From Lingula anatina (taxonomy: Eukaryota > Animalia > Brachiopoda): DNA of 64,000 nucleotides. The stretch spans positions 4,030,001 to 4,094,000 of the forward strand of contig JBPQGU010000016.1 in the NCBI GenBank assembly GCA_051362555.1, in the 5' to 3' direction. This document shows, one piece after another, positions 12,001 to 24,999 of the stretch; position 1 is the stretch's first letter, and every line of letters begins with the position of its first letter. A program made the translations under genes and the position numbers. The notes beneath the pieces were generated by a model. The model made no database searches. It was not told the DNA's origin and saw only the letters and a list, made by a program, of their open reading frames with translations.

Positions 12001-15000
12001 CTCTCAGATTCTGTTCTCAGAGCTTATTTTTGGATCATCTTTAAAGCTAGAATTGGGGGCCTTGATGAAGTGACCCGGGCGCGTTTCCACATTTTTTATG
12101 AATGACAGGTGTGGTAGATTGATTTTCGTCACTTTTTGGAAAAATCGGAGACGGGTCGATTTTTGGTGATTTTGAGTGATTTTGAACAGTGCCGGCACTG
12201 TGAGATTTCTTCAATTTTGGCCAGGTAGGGATGAAAATTTTTTTTCTTCATTATAGTGTCAGGTAGGTGTGTTCGGTCATTTGTAGTAAGAATAAAGTGC
12301 TGGAAGAGTGGTGGTGTCAACATTAAGGAAGAAATAGAGCAAAAACTCTCTCTCCCCCCCCCCCTCTCAGATTCTGTTCTCAGAGCTTATTTTTGGATCA
12401 TCTTTAAAGCTAGAATTGGGGGCCTTGATGAAGTGACCCGGGCGCGTTTCCACATTTTTTATGAATGACAGGTGTGGTAGATTGATTTTCCTCACTTTTT
12501 TGGAAAAATCGGAGACGGGTCGATTTTTGGTGATTTTGAGTGATTTTGAACAGTGCCGGCACTGTGAGATTTCTTCAATTTTGGCCAGGTAGGGATGAAA
12601 ATTTTTTTTCTTCATTATAGTGTCAGGTAGGTGTGTTCGGTCATTTGTAGTAAGAATAAAGTGCTGGAAGAGTGGTGGTGTCAACATTAAGGAAGAAATA
12701 GAGCAAAAACTCTCTCTCCCCCCCCCCCTCTCAGATTCTGTTCTCAGAGCTTATTTTTGGATCATCTTTAAAGCTAGAATTGGGGGCCTTGATGAAGTGA
12801 CCCGGGCGCGTTTCCACATTTTTTATGAATGACAGGTGTGGTAGATTGATTTTCGTCACTTTTTGGAAAAATCGGAGACGGGTCGATTTTTGGTGATTTT
12901 GAGTGATTTTGAACAGTGCCGGCACTGTGAGATTTCTTCAATTTTGGCCAGGTAGGGATGAAAATTTTTTTTCTTCATTATAGTGTCAGGTAGGTGTGTT
13001 CGGTCATTTGTAGTAAGAATAAAGTGCTGGAAGAGTGGTGGTGTCAACATTAAGGAAGAAATAGAGCAAAAACTCTCTCTCCCCCCCCCCCCTCTCAGAT
13101 TCTGTTCTCAGAGCTTATTTTTGGATCATCTTTAAAGCTAGAATTGGGGGCCTTGATGAAGTGACCCGGGCGCGTTTCCACATTTTTTATGAATGACAGG
13201 TGTGGTAGATTGATTTTCCTCACTTTTTGGAAAAATCGGAGACGGGTCGATTTTTGGTGATTTTGAGTGATTTTGAACAGTGCCGGCACTGTGAGATTTC
13301 TTCAATTTTGGCCAGGTAGGGATGAAAATTTTTTTTCTTCATTATAGTGTCAGGTAGGTGTGTTCGGTCATTTGTAGTAAGAATAAAGTGCTGGAAGAGT
13401 GGTGGTGTCAACATTAAGGAAGAAATAGAGCAAAAACTCTCTCTCCCCCCCCCCCCTCTCAGATTCTGTTCTCAGAGCTTATTTTTGGATCATCTTTAAA
13501 GCTAGAATTGGGGGCCTTGATGAAGTGACCCGGGCGCGTTTCCACATTTTTTATGAATGACAGGTGTGGTAGATTGATTTTCCTCACTTTTTTGGAAAAA
13601 TCGGAGACGGGTCGATTTTTGGTGATTTTGAGTGATTTTGAACAGTGCCGGCACTGTGAGATTTCTTCAATTTTGGCCAGGTAGGGATGAAAATTTTTTT
13701 TCTTCATTATAGTGTCAGGTAGGTGTGTTCGGTCATTTGTAGTAAGAATAAAGTGCTGGAAGAGTGGTGGTGTCAACATTAAGGAAGAAATAGAGCAAAA
13801 ACTCTCTCTCCCCCCCCCCCTCTCAGATTCTGTTCTCAGAGCTTATTTTTGGATCATCTTTAAAGCTAGAATTGGGGGCCTTGATGAAGTGACCCGGGCG
13901 CGTTTCCACATTTTTTATGAATGACAGGTGTGGTAGATTGATTTTCGTCACTTTTTGGAAAAATCGGAGACGGGTCGATTTTTGGTGATTTTGAGTGATT
14001 TTGAACAGTGCCGGCACTGTGAGATTTCTTCAATTTTGGCCAGGTAGGGATGAAATTTTTTTTTCTTCATTATAGTGTCAGGTAGGTGTGTTCGGTCATT
14101 TGTAGTAAGAATAAAGTGCTGGAAGAGTGGTGGTGTCAACATTAAGGAAGAAATAGAGCAAAAACTCTCTCTCCCCCCCCCCCTCTCAGATTCTGTTCTC
14201 AGAGCTTATTTTTGGATCATCTTTAAAGCTAGAATTGGGGGCCTTGATGAAGTGACCCGGGCGCGTTTCCACATTTTTTATGAATGACAGGTGTGGTAGA
14301 TTGATTTTCCTCACTTTTTGGAAAAATCGGAGACGGGTCGATTTTTGGTGATTTTGAGTGATTTTGAACAGTGCCGGCACTGTGAGATTTCTTCAATTTT
14401 GGCCAGGTAGGGATGAAAATTTTTTTTCTTCATTATAGTGTCAGGTAGGTGTGTTCGGTCATTTGTAGTAAGAATAAAGTGCTGGAAGAGTGGTGGTGTC
14501 AACATTAAGGAAGAAATAGAGCAAGCAAAAACTCTGTCCCCCCCCCCCCTCTCAGATTCTGTTCTCAGAGCTTATTTTTGGATCATCTTTAAAGCTAGAA
14601 TTGGGGGCCTTGATGAAGTGAACCGGGCGCGTTTCCACATTTTTTATGAATGACAGGTGTGGTAGATTGATTTTCCTCACTTTTTGGAAAAATCGGAGAC
14701 GGGTCGATTTTTGGTGATTTTGAGGTGATTTTGAACAGAGCCGGCACTGTGAGATTTCTTCAATCTTGGCCAGGTAGGATGAAAATTTTTTTTCTTCATT
14801 ATAGTGTCAGGTAGGTGTGTTCGGTCATTTGTAGTAAGAATAAAGTGCTGGAAGAGTGGTGGTGTCAACATTAAGGAAGAAATAGAGCAAAAACTCTCTC
14901 TCCCCCCCCCCCTCTCAGATTCTGTTCTCAGAGCTTATTTTTGGATCATCTTTAAAGCTAGAATTGGGGGCCTTGATGAAGTGACCCGGGCGCGTTCCAC

Positions 15001-18000
15001 ATTTTTTATGAATGACAGGTGTGGTAGATTGATTTTCCTCACTTTTTGAAAAATCGGAGACGGGTCGATTTTTGGTGATTTTGAGTGATTTTGAACAGTG
15101 CCGGCACTGTGAGATTCTTCAATTTTGGCCAGGTAGGGATGAAAATTTTTTTCTTCATTATAGTGTCAGGTAGGTGTGTTCGTCATTTGTAGTAAGAATA
15201 AAGTGCTGGAAGAGTGGTGGTGTCAACATTAAGGAAGAAATAGAGCAAAAACTCTCTCTCCCCCCCCCTCTCAGATTCTGTTCTCCAGAGCTTATTTTTG
15301 GATCATCTTTAAAGCTAGAATTGGGGGCCTTGATGAAGTGACCCGGGCGCGTTTCCACATTTTTTATGAATGACAGGTGTGTAGATTGATTTTCCTCACT
15401 TTTTGGAAAAATCGGAGACGGGTCGATTTTTGGTGATTTTGATGATTTTGAACAGTGCCGGCACTGTGAGATTTCTTCATTTTGGCCAGGTAGGGATGAA
15501 AATTTTTTTTCTTCATTATAGTGTCAGGTAGGTGTGTTCGGTCATTTGTAGTAAGAATAAAGTGCTGGAAGAGTGGTGGTGTCAACATTAAGGAAGAAAT
15601 AGAGCAAAAACTCTCTCTCCCCCCCCCCTCTCAGATTCTGTTCTCAGAGCTTATTTTTGGATCATCTTTAAAGCTAGAATTGGGGCCTTGATGAAGTGAC
15701 CCGGGCGCGTTTCCACATTTTTTATGAATGACAGGTGTGGTAGATTGATTTTCCTCACTTTTTGGAAAAATCGGAGACGGGTCGATTTTTGGTGATTTTG
15801 AGTGATTTTGAACAGTGCCTGGCACTGTGAGATTTCTTCAATTTTGGCCAGGTAGGGATGAAAATTTTTTTTCTTCATTATAGTGTCAGGTAGGTGTGTT
15901 CGGTCATTTGTTAGTAAGAATAAAGTGCTGGAAGAGTGGTGGTGTCAACATTAAGGAAGAAATAGAGCAAAAAACTCTCTCTCCCCCCCCCCTCTCAGAT
16001 TCTGTTCTCAGGAGCTTATTTTTGGATCATCTTTAAAGCTAGAATTGGGGGGGCCTTGATGAAGTGACCCGGGCGCGTTTCCACATTTTTTATGAATGAC
16101 AGGTGTGGTAGATTGATTTTCCTCACTTTTTGGAAAAATCGGAGACGGGTCGATTTTTGGTGATTTTTGAGTGATTTTGAACAGTGCCGGCACTGTGAGA
16201 TTTCTTCAATTTTGGCCAGGTAGGGATGAAAATTTTTTTTCTTCATTATAGTGTCAGGTAGGTGTGTTCGGTCATTTGTAGTAAGAATAAAGTGCTGGAA
16301 GAGTGGTGGTGTCAACATTAAGGAAGAAATAGAGCAAAAACTCTCTCTCTCCACCCCCCCTCTCAGATTCTGTTCTCAGAGCTTATTTTGGATCATCTTT
16401 AAAGCTAGAATTGGGGGCCTTGATGAAGTGACCCGGGCGCGTTTCCACATTTTTTATGAATGACAGGTGTGGTAGGTTGATTTTCCTCACTTTTTGGAAA
16501 AATCGGAGACGGGTCGATTTTTGGTGATTTTGAGTGATTTTGAACAGTGCCGGCACTGTGAGATTTCTTCAATTTTGGCCAGGTAGGGATGAAAATTTTT
16601 TTTCTTCATTATAGTGTCAGGTAGGTGTGTTCGGATCATTTGTAGTAAGAATAAAGTGCTGGAAGAGTGGTGGTGTCAACATTAAGGAAGAAATAGAGCA
16701 AAAACTCTCTCTCCCCCCCCCCTCTCAGATTCATGTTCTCAGAGCTTATTTTTGGATCATCTTTAAAGCTAGAATTGGGGGCCTTGATGAAGTGACCCGG
16801 GCGCGTTTCCACATTTTTTATGAATGACAGGTGTGGTAGATTGATTTCTCCCTCACTTTTGGAAAAATCGGAGACGGGTCGATTTTTGGTGATTTTGAGT
16901 GATTTTGAACAGTGCCGGCACTGTGAGATTTCTTCAATTTTGGCCAGGTAGGGATGAAAATTTTTTTTCTTCATATAGTGTCAGGTAGGTGTGTTCGGTC
17001 ATTTGTAGTAAGAATAAAGTGCTGGAAGAGTGGTGGTGTCAACATTAAGGAAGAAATAGAGCAAAAACTCTCTCTCCCCCCCCCCCTCTCAGATTCTGTT
17101 CTCAGAGCTTATTTTTGGATCATCTTTAAAGCTAGAATTGGGGGCCTTGATGAAGTGACCCGGGCGCGTTTCCACATTTTTTATGAATGACAGGTGTGGT
17201 AGATTGATTTTCCTCACTTTTTGGAAAAATCGGAGACGGGTCGATTTTTGGTGATTTTGAGTGATTTTGAACAGTGCCGGCACTGTGAGATTTCTTCAAT
17301 TTTGGCCAGGTAGGGATGAAAATTTTTTTTCTTCATTATAGTGTCAGGTAGGTGTGTTCGGTCATTTGTAGTAAGAATAAAGTGCTGGAAGAGTGGTGGT
17401 GTCAACATTAAGGAAGAAATAGAGCAAAAAACTCTCTCTCCCCCCCTCCCCCCTCTCAGATTCTGTTCTCAGAGCTTATTTTTGGATCATCTTTAAAGCT
17501 AGAATTGGGGGCCTTGATGAAGTGACCCGGGCGCGTTTCCACATTTTTTATGAATGACAGGTGTGGTAGATTGATTTTCGTCACTTTTTGGAAGAATCGG
17601 AGAAGGGTCGATTTTTGGTGATTTTGAGTGATTTTGAACAGTGCCGGCACTGTGTGATTTCTTCAATTTTGGCCAGGTAGGGATGAAAATTTTTTTTCTT
17701 CATTATAGTGTCAGGTAGGTGTGTTCGGTCATTTGTAGTAAGAATAAAGTGCTGGAAGAGTGGTGGTGTCAACATTAAGGAAGAAATAGAGCAAAAACTC
17801 TCTCTCCCCCCCTCCCCCCTCTCAGATTCTGTTCTCAGAGCTTATTTTTGGATCATCTTTAAAGCTAGAATTGGGGGCCTTGATGAAGTGACCCAGGCGC
17901 GTTTCCACATTTTTTATGAATGACAGGTGTGGTAGATTGATTTTCGTCACTTTTTGGAAAAATCGGAGACGGGTCGATTTTTGGTGATTTTGAGTGATTT

Positions 18001-20597
18001 TGAACAGTGCCGGCACTGTGAGATTTCTTCAATTTTGGCCAGGTAGGGATGAAAATTTTTTTTTTTCATTATAGTGTCAGGTAGGTGTGTTCGGTCATTT
18101 GTAGTAAGAATAAAGTGCTGGAAGAGTGGTGGTGTCAACATCAAGGAAGAAATAGAGCAAAAACTCTCTCTCCCCCCCCCCCTCTCAGATTCTGTTCTCA
18201 GAGCTTATTTTTGGATCATCTTTAAAGCTAGAATTGGGGGCCTTGATGAAGTGACCCGGGCGCGTTTCCACATTTTTTATGAATGACAGGTGTGGTAGAT
18301 TGATTTTCGTCACTTTTTGGAAAAATCGGAGACGGGTCGATTTTTGGTGATTTTGAGTGATTTTGAACAGTGCCGGCACTGTGAGATTTCTTCAATTTTG
18401 GCCAGGTAGGGATGAAAATTTTTTTTCTTCATTATAGTGTCAGGTAGGTGTGTTCGGTCATTTGTAGTAAGAATAAAGTGCTGGAAGAGTGGTGGTGTCA
18501 ACATTAAGGAAGAAATAGAGCAAAAACTCTCTCTCCCCCCCCCCCCTCTCAGATTCTGTTCTCAGAGCTTATTTTTGGATCATCTTTAAAGCTAGAATTG
18601 GGGGCCTTGATGAAGTGACCCGGGCGCGTTTCCACATTTTTTATGAATGACAGGTGTGGTAGGTTGATTTTCGTCACTTTTTGGAAAAATCGGAGACGGG
18701 TCGATTTTTGGTGATTTTGAGTGATTTTGAACAGTGCCGGCACTGTGAGATTTCTTCAATTTTGGCCAGGTAGGGATGAAAAATTTTTTTCTTCATTATA
18801 GTGTCAGGTAGGTGTGTTCGGTCATTTGTAGTAAGAATAAAGTGCTGGAAGAGTGGTGGTGTCAACATTAAGGAAGAAATAGAGCAAAAACTCTCTCTCT
18901 CCCCCCCCCCTCTCAGATTCTGTTCTCAGAGCTTATTTTTGGATCATCTTTAAAGCTAGAATTGGGGGCCTTAATGAAGTGACCCGGGCGCGTTTCCACA
19001 TTTTTTATGAATGACAGGTGTGGTAGGTTGATTTTCGTCACTTTTTGGAAAAATCGGAGACGGGTCGATTTTTGGTGAATTTGAGTGATTTTGAACAGTG
19101 CCAGCACTGTGAGATTTCTTTAATTTTGGCCAGGTAGGGATGAAAATTTTTTTTCTTCATTATAGTGTCAGGTAATTGTGTTCGGTCATTTGTAGTAAGA
19201 ATAAAGTGCTGGAAGAGTGGTGGTGTCAACATTAAGGAAGAAATAAAGCAAAAACTCTCTCTCCCCCCCCCCCCCTCAGATTCTGTTCTCAGAGCTTATT
19301 TTTGGATCATCTTTAAAGCTAGAATTGGGGGCCTTGATGTAGTGACCCGGGCGCGTTTCCACATTTTTTATGAATGACAGGTGTGGTAGATTGATTTTCC
19401 TCACTTTTTGGAAAAATCGGAGACGGGTCGATTTTTGGGTGATTTTGAGTGATTTTGAACAGTGCCGGCACTGTGAGATTTCTTCAATTTTGGCCAGGTA
19501 GGGATGTAAATTTTTTTTCTTCATTATAGTGTCAGGTAGGTGTGTTCAGTCATTTGTAGTAAGAATAAAGTGCTGGAAGAGTGGTGGTGTCAACATTAAG
19601 GAAGAAATAGAGCAAAAACTCTGTCTCTCCCCCCCCTCTCAGATTCTGTTCTCAGAGCTTATTTTTGGATCATCTTTAAAGCTAGAATTGGGGGCCTTGA
19701 TGTAGTGACCCGGGCGCGTTTCCACATTTTTTATGAATGACAGGTGTGGTAGATTGATTTTCGTCACTTTTTGGAAAAATCGGAGACGGGTCGATTTTTG
19801 GTGATTTTGAGTGATTTTGAACAGTGCCGGCACTGTGAGATTTCTTCACTTTTGGCCAGGTAGGGATGAAAATTTTTTTTCTTCATTATAGTGTCAGGTA
19901 GGTGTGTTCGGTCATTTGTAGTAAGAATAAAGTGCTGGAAGAGTGGTGGTGTCAATATTAAGGAAGAAATAGAGCAAGAACAAGTCCTACCTGGAACAAT
20001 AGAGCAAGTTTCCACATTTTTTATGAATGACAGGTGTGGTAGATTGATTTTCGTCACTTTTTGGAAAAATCGGAGACGGGTCGATTTTTGGTGATTTTGA
20101 GTGATTTTGAACAGTGCCGGCACTGTGAGATTTCTTCAATTGGTAGGGATGAAAAATTTTTTTCTTCATTATAGTGTCAGGTAGGTGTGTTCGGTCATTT
20201 GTAGTAAGAATAAAGTGCTGGAAGAGTGGTGGTGTCAACATTAAGGAAGACATAGAACAAAAACTCTGTCTCCCCCCATCTCCGATTCTGATCTCGGAGC
20301 TTATTTCTGGATCATCTTTAAAGCTAGAATTGGGGGCCTTGATGAAGTGACCCGGGCGTATTTCCACATTTTTTATTAATGATAGGTGTGATAGATTGAT
20401 TTTCATGACATTTTTTTTTATTTTGAGTGATTTTCATAAGTGCCAGCCATGTGAGATTTCTTCAATTTTGGCCAGGTAGGAATGAAAATGTTTTTTTCAT
20501 TATAGTGTCAGGTTGGTGTGTTTGGTCATTTGTAGTAAGCATAAAATGCTTGAAGAGTGGTGGTGTCAACATTATTGAAGAAATAAAGCAAAAACTA
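1..20597. repeat. Tandem satellite array 1, ~363-bp monomer, about 56 copies (runs off the left edge of the window)
   Basis: The monomer ctctcagattctgttctcagagcttatttttggatc...gaacagtgccggcactgtgag...gaaatagagcaaaaactctctct(c)n repeats with a period of 362-367 bp, also visible in the ORF track. Length varies mainly at the poly-C tract. The last two monomers (~20000-20597) are degenerate. Confidence 0.98.
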
Positions 20598-22624
20598 TGT
20601 ATACAGATTCCTGCTATATTATTATTTTATCTTTAATTTATCGAATTTTATGATGCCTTTCCTATATACATAGTCCTTTTTTAAAATAATTACCGTATCA
20701 GATTTTTAAAACCTAGAACAAAAGTTTTCAGTTTGTCTGTCTTTTTTATTCCAACAATTTCAGCAGCCATTACTGTTCCCGAGACACCTTGCCTGTGCTA
20801 TCAAACGAATCCTGTTACTTACAGCACAGGAGCACCAAAGAGTTTGAAGAGTGCTTTACAAGTCATCAGTCAAATTAAGCAGAAATGGTCTTAGCTTTGC
20901 AAACCGGTGTCAAAGGGTCAAATCAAGTATTCCAAGCCTTCCAAGGACTAGTATGATGTAAGTCAGTATGGACAATATATTAAAGGTCCAAAAGCATCAA
21001 AGTCTTTAAGGTACTCGCCCCACGCCGCAGCATGTCATCGAAGAAATGACCCCTTGATGATAGGGATATGGATTGCAAGTGTTCTGGAGGCTCCAAGACA
21101 ACTGTCTATAGCAGGTTCTGGTACTTGCATAGTGGGTCTTCAAACCCTTGGTATAGAAAGTACAAACCAGCAGCTTAATCTGGAAGTTAAAAAGAAAAAA
21201 CAGCCATAAGTCCATGCATTAAAATCATGTTGAAATCTCTTTTTGGAAATTAGAAAAACGACTATTGCAATTATTAGAGAAGGCTTAATTAACTTTGAGT
21301 GTGCATTTTTTATGAACTGATACTTCCTTGTGAACAAAAACTCTGAAAAGATTTCAACATTTTGTATTTTTGGCAATAATGAGAAATGAATGAACATTCA
21401 TTGATTAATTATTATCATTATTTATTTATTTATTTATTTTTTTGCTATTTCCACTTGAGGGTGCTTACGCAAATTTGGCAGATTTCCCAAGTTTTGGGTT
21501 AAAAGCACAATGTTGTTATTTTGGGTCTTTATGAGGTAATGTGATTTTGTCAGCATATTAGTTAAATGAACAACTTTGTCTGGATGCCCCACTCCTGCCT
21601 CAAATGAGATTTTAAAAGCAAACATCAATATCTATAAAGACAAGTTTTAATGCTTATTTTTGAACACATTTCACATAAATCACATTTCACATGATGATCT
21701 GGGCTGATTTTGTCAAAGTTAAAGAAACCCCATTTTGAACACTGATGACAATTTAAGTAAAACCATGTTACTCATGGATCTCAATCTTACAGAAAAGGTA
21801 AATTGGACTGAAATACAGCTTGAGTTAGAAAACTGAACTGTTTGCATTCTTTTTCTGAGAGTTATTTATTTATTTAATTATCATTATTATTATTATTATT
21901 TATTATTATTATTTTCAAAATAATTTTTTTTTCACATATTAGCATTTTCTTCGTGAGACTTGGAACTCCCACGGGATGAAATTCCAGCTCCCACTCTCAA
22001 GCCCCTGGGGAGCTTTTTGAAATAATATAAAGATGAAATTTGGGTTTTTTAAAATAATTAAAATAATGATGTCAGGAAGGCGTGTTTTGTTTTTTCTAGC
22101 CATCCACAGGTAAATTTTTTTTTTCAATATTTCTTGTGAATTAAAAAAATATTTTTCCATCCCCCTCCCCAACCTCAAACCCCTGAGGAGCTTTTTGAAG
22201 TACTATAAAGATGCAATTTGGGGATTTAATGATGAGATGTTGATATGTTTAGACAATTATTGTGAATGATCCCTTTCCGTCTCAGCACTGATACTCCTCC
22301 GCACCATTACTCCCTCGCACCGATAGGCCTATACTACCCCTTACACTCCATCGACCTCACCCGCATCTTAAAGCTCCTGCAACGATACTCTCTCACAGCC
22401 TTTGCAATTGGTTAAAACTGCTACCAACAAAACACAATGATTGATCTAAAAACTCTCGAAATACTATTTTTCCGAAAGTGCACCACCCTCTTGGGACCCA
22501 AAAGTGACACATTTCATTAGAAATATTGTGGAAAAATAAGGGAATTACTAAAGTTGGTCTGCTTAGTAACAAAGTACATAGTCGATCTAATATGTATGCA
22601 GCTCGGCTTTGTGATTATTAAGAA
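20598..22624. repeat. Array right flank, copy 1 (duplicated at 61681-64000)
   Basis: atacagattcctgctatatt...ggctttgtgattattaagaa recurs at 61681-64000 with scattered SNPs and indels. The same short ORFs appear in both copies (21006-21215 = 62427-62636). Confidence 0.97.
21990..22235 (+). repeat. Degenerate ~178-bp direct repeat pair distantly related to the satellite monomer
   Basis: ctcaagcccctggggagctttttgaaataatataaagatgaaatttggg (~21996) vs ctcaaacccctgaggagctttttgaagtactataaagatgcaatttgggg (~22174). Both resemble the monomer segment gagcttatttttggatcatctttaaagctagaattggggg. Confidence 0.55.
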
Positions 22625-22914
22625 ATATCTGTATACTTCACTTCGTTCTTCAACAGTGGTTACTGTATACAATATGTGCATCTTCTTCTTGATTTGTTAA
22701 TTAATTATTTTACTAAAAGTATCTTTTTAACAGAAGATAGCAAAGACGACATAATCTTTTCTTCAGGGGCCACTCTATTCGTAAAAGAAATTGAAACAAC
22801 AACAACAACAAAAAAAAAAAAACATTGTTTAAGCGAGAAATTGCCGCCTTTGTCCTCCTGGAAATGTGAGATTCTACAATTTAAGCTGTCCTTGGGCGAT
22901 TGTAGGAACCACTG

Positions 22915-23082
22915 CAGGGGCGGATCCAGAGCTATATACTGACAGTCTTCCAAATTATCTTTGTTGATTCATCCTCCAATTTTGACCGTCTTCCAACATT
23001 AAAAATTGGATACCCGTCAATGTAAACTTGAAAATCTGACCGTCTTCTGGAAGACCCAGAAGACGGCCTAAATCCGCCCCTG
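22915..23082. mobile_element. MITE of the CAGGGGCGGATCC family, 168 bp, 5-bp TSD
   Basis: Termini caggggcggat...atccgcccctg, flanked by the direct repeat cactg (22910-22914 and 23083-23087). Confidence 0.85.
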
Positions 23083-23279
23083 CACTGAACACCTACAGTA
23101 TAATGCGCTTAAATTACTGTTTTTTCTTTACGGTTCTGTTTGTAATAGAAATCTAGGACAGAAAAAATTACAAGTTGAATGTAACATCATAAATCCTTAA
23201 AAATAGATAACAAATCCGATTGTGTTTATTTCCAGTATGCAGCAAGATCGTTATTAAGAAATCAATAACGAACAGCTCT

Positions 23280-23365
23280 CAGGGGCGAATCCAGGATTTC
23301 GAAGACTAGGTGGTTAGTTTTTATTGACCCCGCTTCTACGTGGACGGAACGGTTCATTTTTAACA
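23280..23365 (+). mobile_element. Truncated MITE of the same family
   Basis: Left terminus caggggcgaatccaggattt. Internal ...gacccc...ggacggaacggt resembles the copy at 24776. No right TIR seen. Confidence 0.5.
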
Positions 23366-24775
23366 TTGAATAAATTAATTGAATTAATATTCATTAAAAT
23401 TAAATCAAATAAAATAACGATGCATGATGATTAGTAATGCAAGATTTATGCCGCAAAGTCGCTTGTCAGACTACATCTAAGATGATCTCACGACATACTT
23501 GGGTATGGCTGTTTAGATGTAGGGGGTAGAGGCACTATTTGAAGGCAGCTGAAGGAAAAATCGAAAGGAGTTCGATGGCATTTAGCATTACATGGTCCAT
23601 TTCTCAGTAAAGAATACTAAATAAAGAAATTATACATACTTCAGGATGGCTCACTGCGGTTTTCGTCCACACATAGGCAACCAGTAATTCGGACTCTACT
23701 AGCGATAATGTAAACACACCTTGAATGCCCATTTATGTATTTGCTTTTCTAGTTAAACTTAGCAATGTGTATTAATTTTGTTCGAAAAAAAAAAGCATTC
23801 CACTGTAATTTGCGACCGCGTCCATGTGCACCAATGCAGGCCTATTCTATTTATGGAGATGGTCACATAATCAGCAAAACGGAAACTTAACTGGTACATG
23901 TACAAGTTTCGAAATAAAATGTTTGTCAAACCTTTATAATATCTAGAGCTTTTGTTGTTTGAAACATGTTTAACTAAAATGTAAGAAAAACGAAAAAAGT
24001 AAGCAGCAAGCTGGTAGGCAGTAAGTGAAAGCCTGGTCTGAACACTGAATTTCTAGGTAAGCATGTATTTTTCACACCCCCTAATTTCATTTCCACAACG
24101 ATCCGTGAATGAGGTTAAAAAGCAATAACATACTTGTGTGACAGGACAAAATGCTTTGTTTATTACGCCACTTTATCTTGTCAAATGAAGCATGAATTTG
24201 AAAAACCATGAAAACTAGAGGATCAGAGAGGTGATACCGCCTGAGGGTATTGTACCACCAGCTGGAGTAAGCTCATTCGTATAGAAAAGTGAAAAAAGGG
24301 ACACCACCTCCAGTGTTGTGCTGGACAAGCTCTACATGCAGTAAGCAAAAGTTCTAAATAGTTTTGTTGAAAATTACCATTTAAAACAAAATCATGAGGA
24401 AAAGTAAAAGTTTAAATTCAAATTTGTGAAGTGCAGTTCATGGCAAAAAGTAGGTCAAAACTCAATTTCAAGAACACAGATTGTCAGCATATGACTGCCT
24501 ATTCAAGTTCAATAGTGATTATGGGCATATCTCTGCTAGTTTTGGAGATAGAAAAGTTGCAAAGTTGCGCGGCTCATTATAAAATCGCCACCTTTTAAAA
24601 TTTCCAGTTGTACTAAGTGCACGTGGTTTGCAGATTAATTTTAGCCATTAAGAGCGTTAGATTGAAACCTTTTGCCGCTACAAATACAACAACTTGATTG
24701 TTATCTTACGCGATTATCAAAAACAGACAATAGCAAGAATCACTTACCTGCTGTAGGTTACAAGGGCGACCAACC

Positions 24776-24999
24776 CAGGGGCGGGACCAGGATTATTTGA
24801 AGGGGGGTCCACGGATGCAAAACCGACCCTTATCTTAGAGGGCGAACGGTGCTATTTGGTACTTTTTAGAACTACATGTATGATTCGGCTAGAGAAAATA
24901 CTTATTTCATAAGGGGACCATCGGTGTGATTATTTTTAGAAACTGAAGGGGAGGAGGTCAGGACCCCCTGACCCCCCCCCCCCTCCCAATCCGCCACTG
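24776..24999 (+). mobile_element. MITE of the CAGGGGCGGATCC family, 224 bp
   Basis: caggggcgggaccaggatt...aatccgccactg, with flanks caacc / caact (5-bp TSD, one mismatch). Confidence 0.8.

Noticed and set aside
1-20597. CRISPR-like array interpretation
   Set aside because: There are no unique spacers; whole monomers are near-identical. No cas genes are present and the context is eukaryotic.
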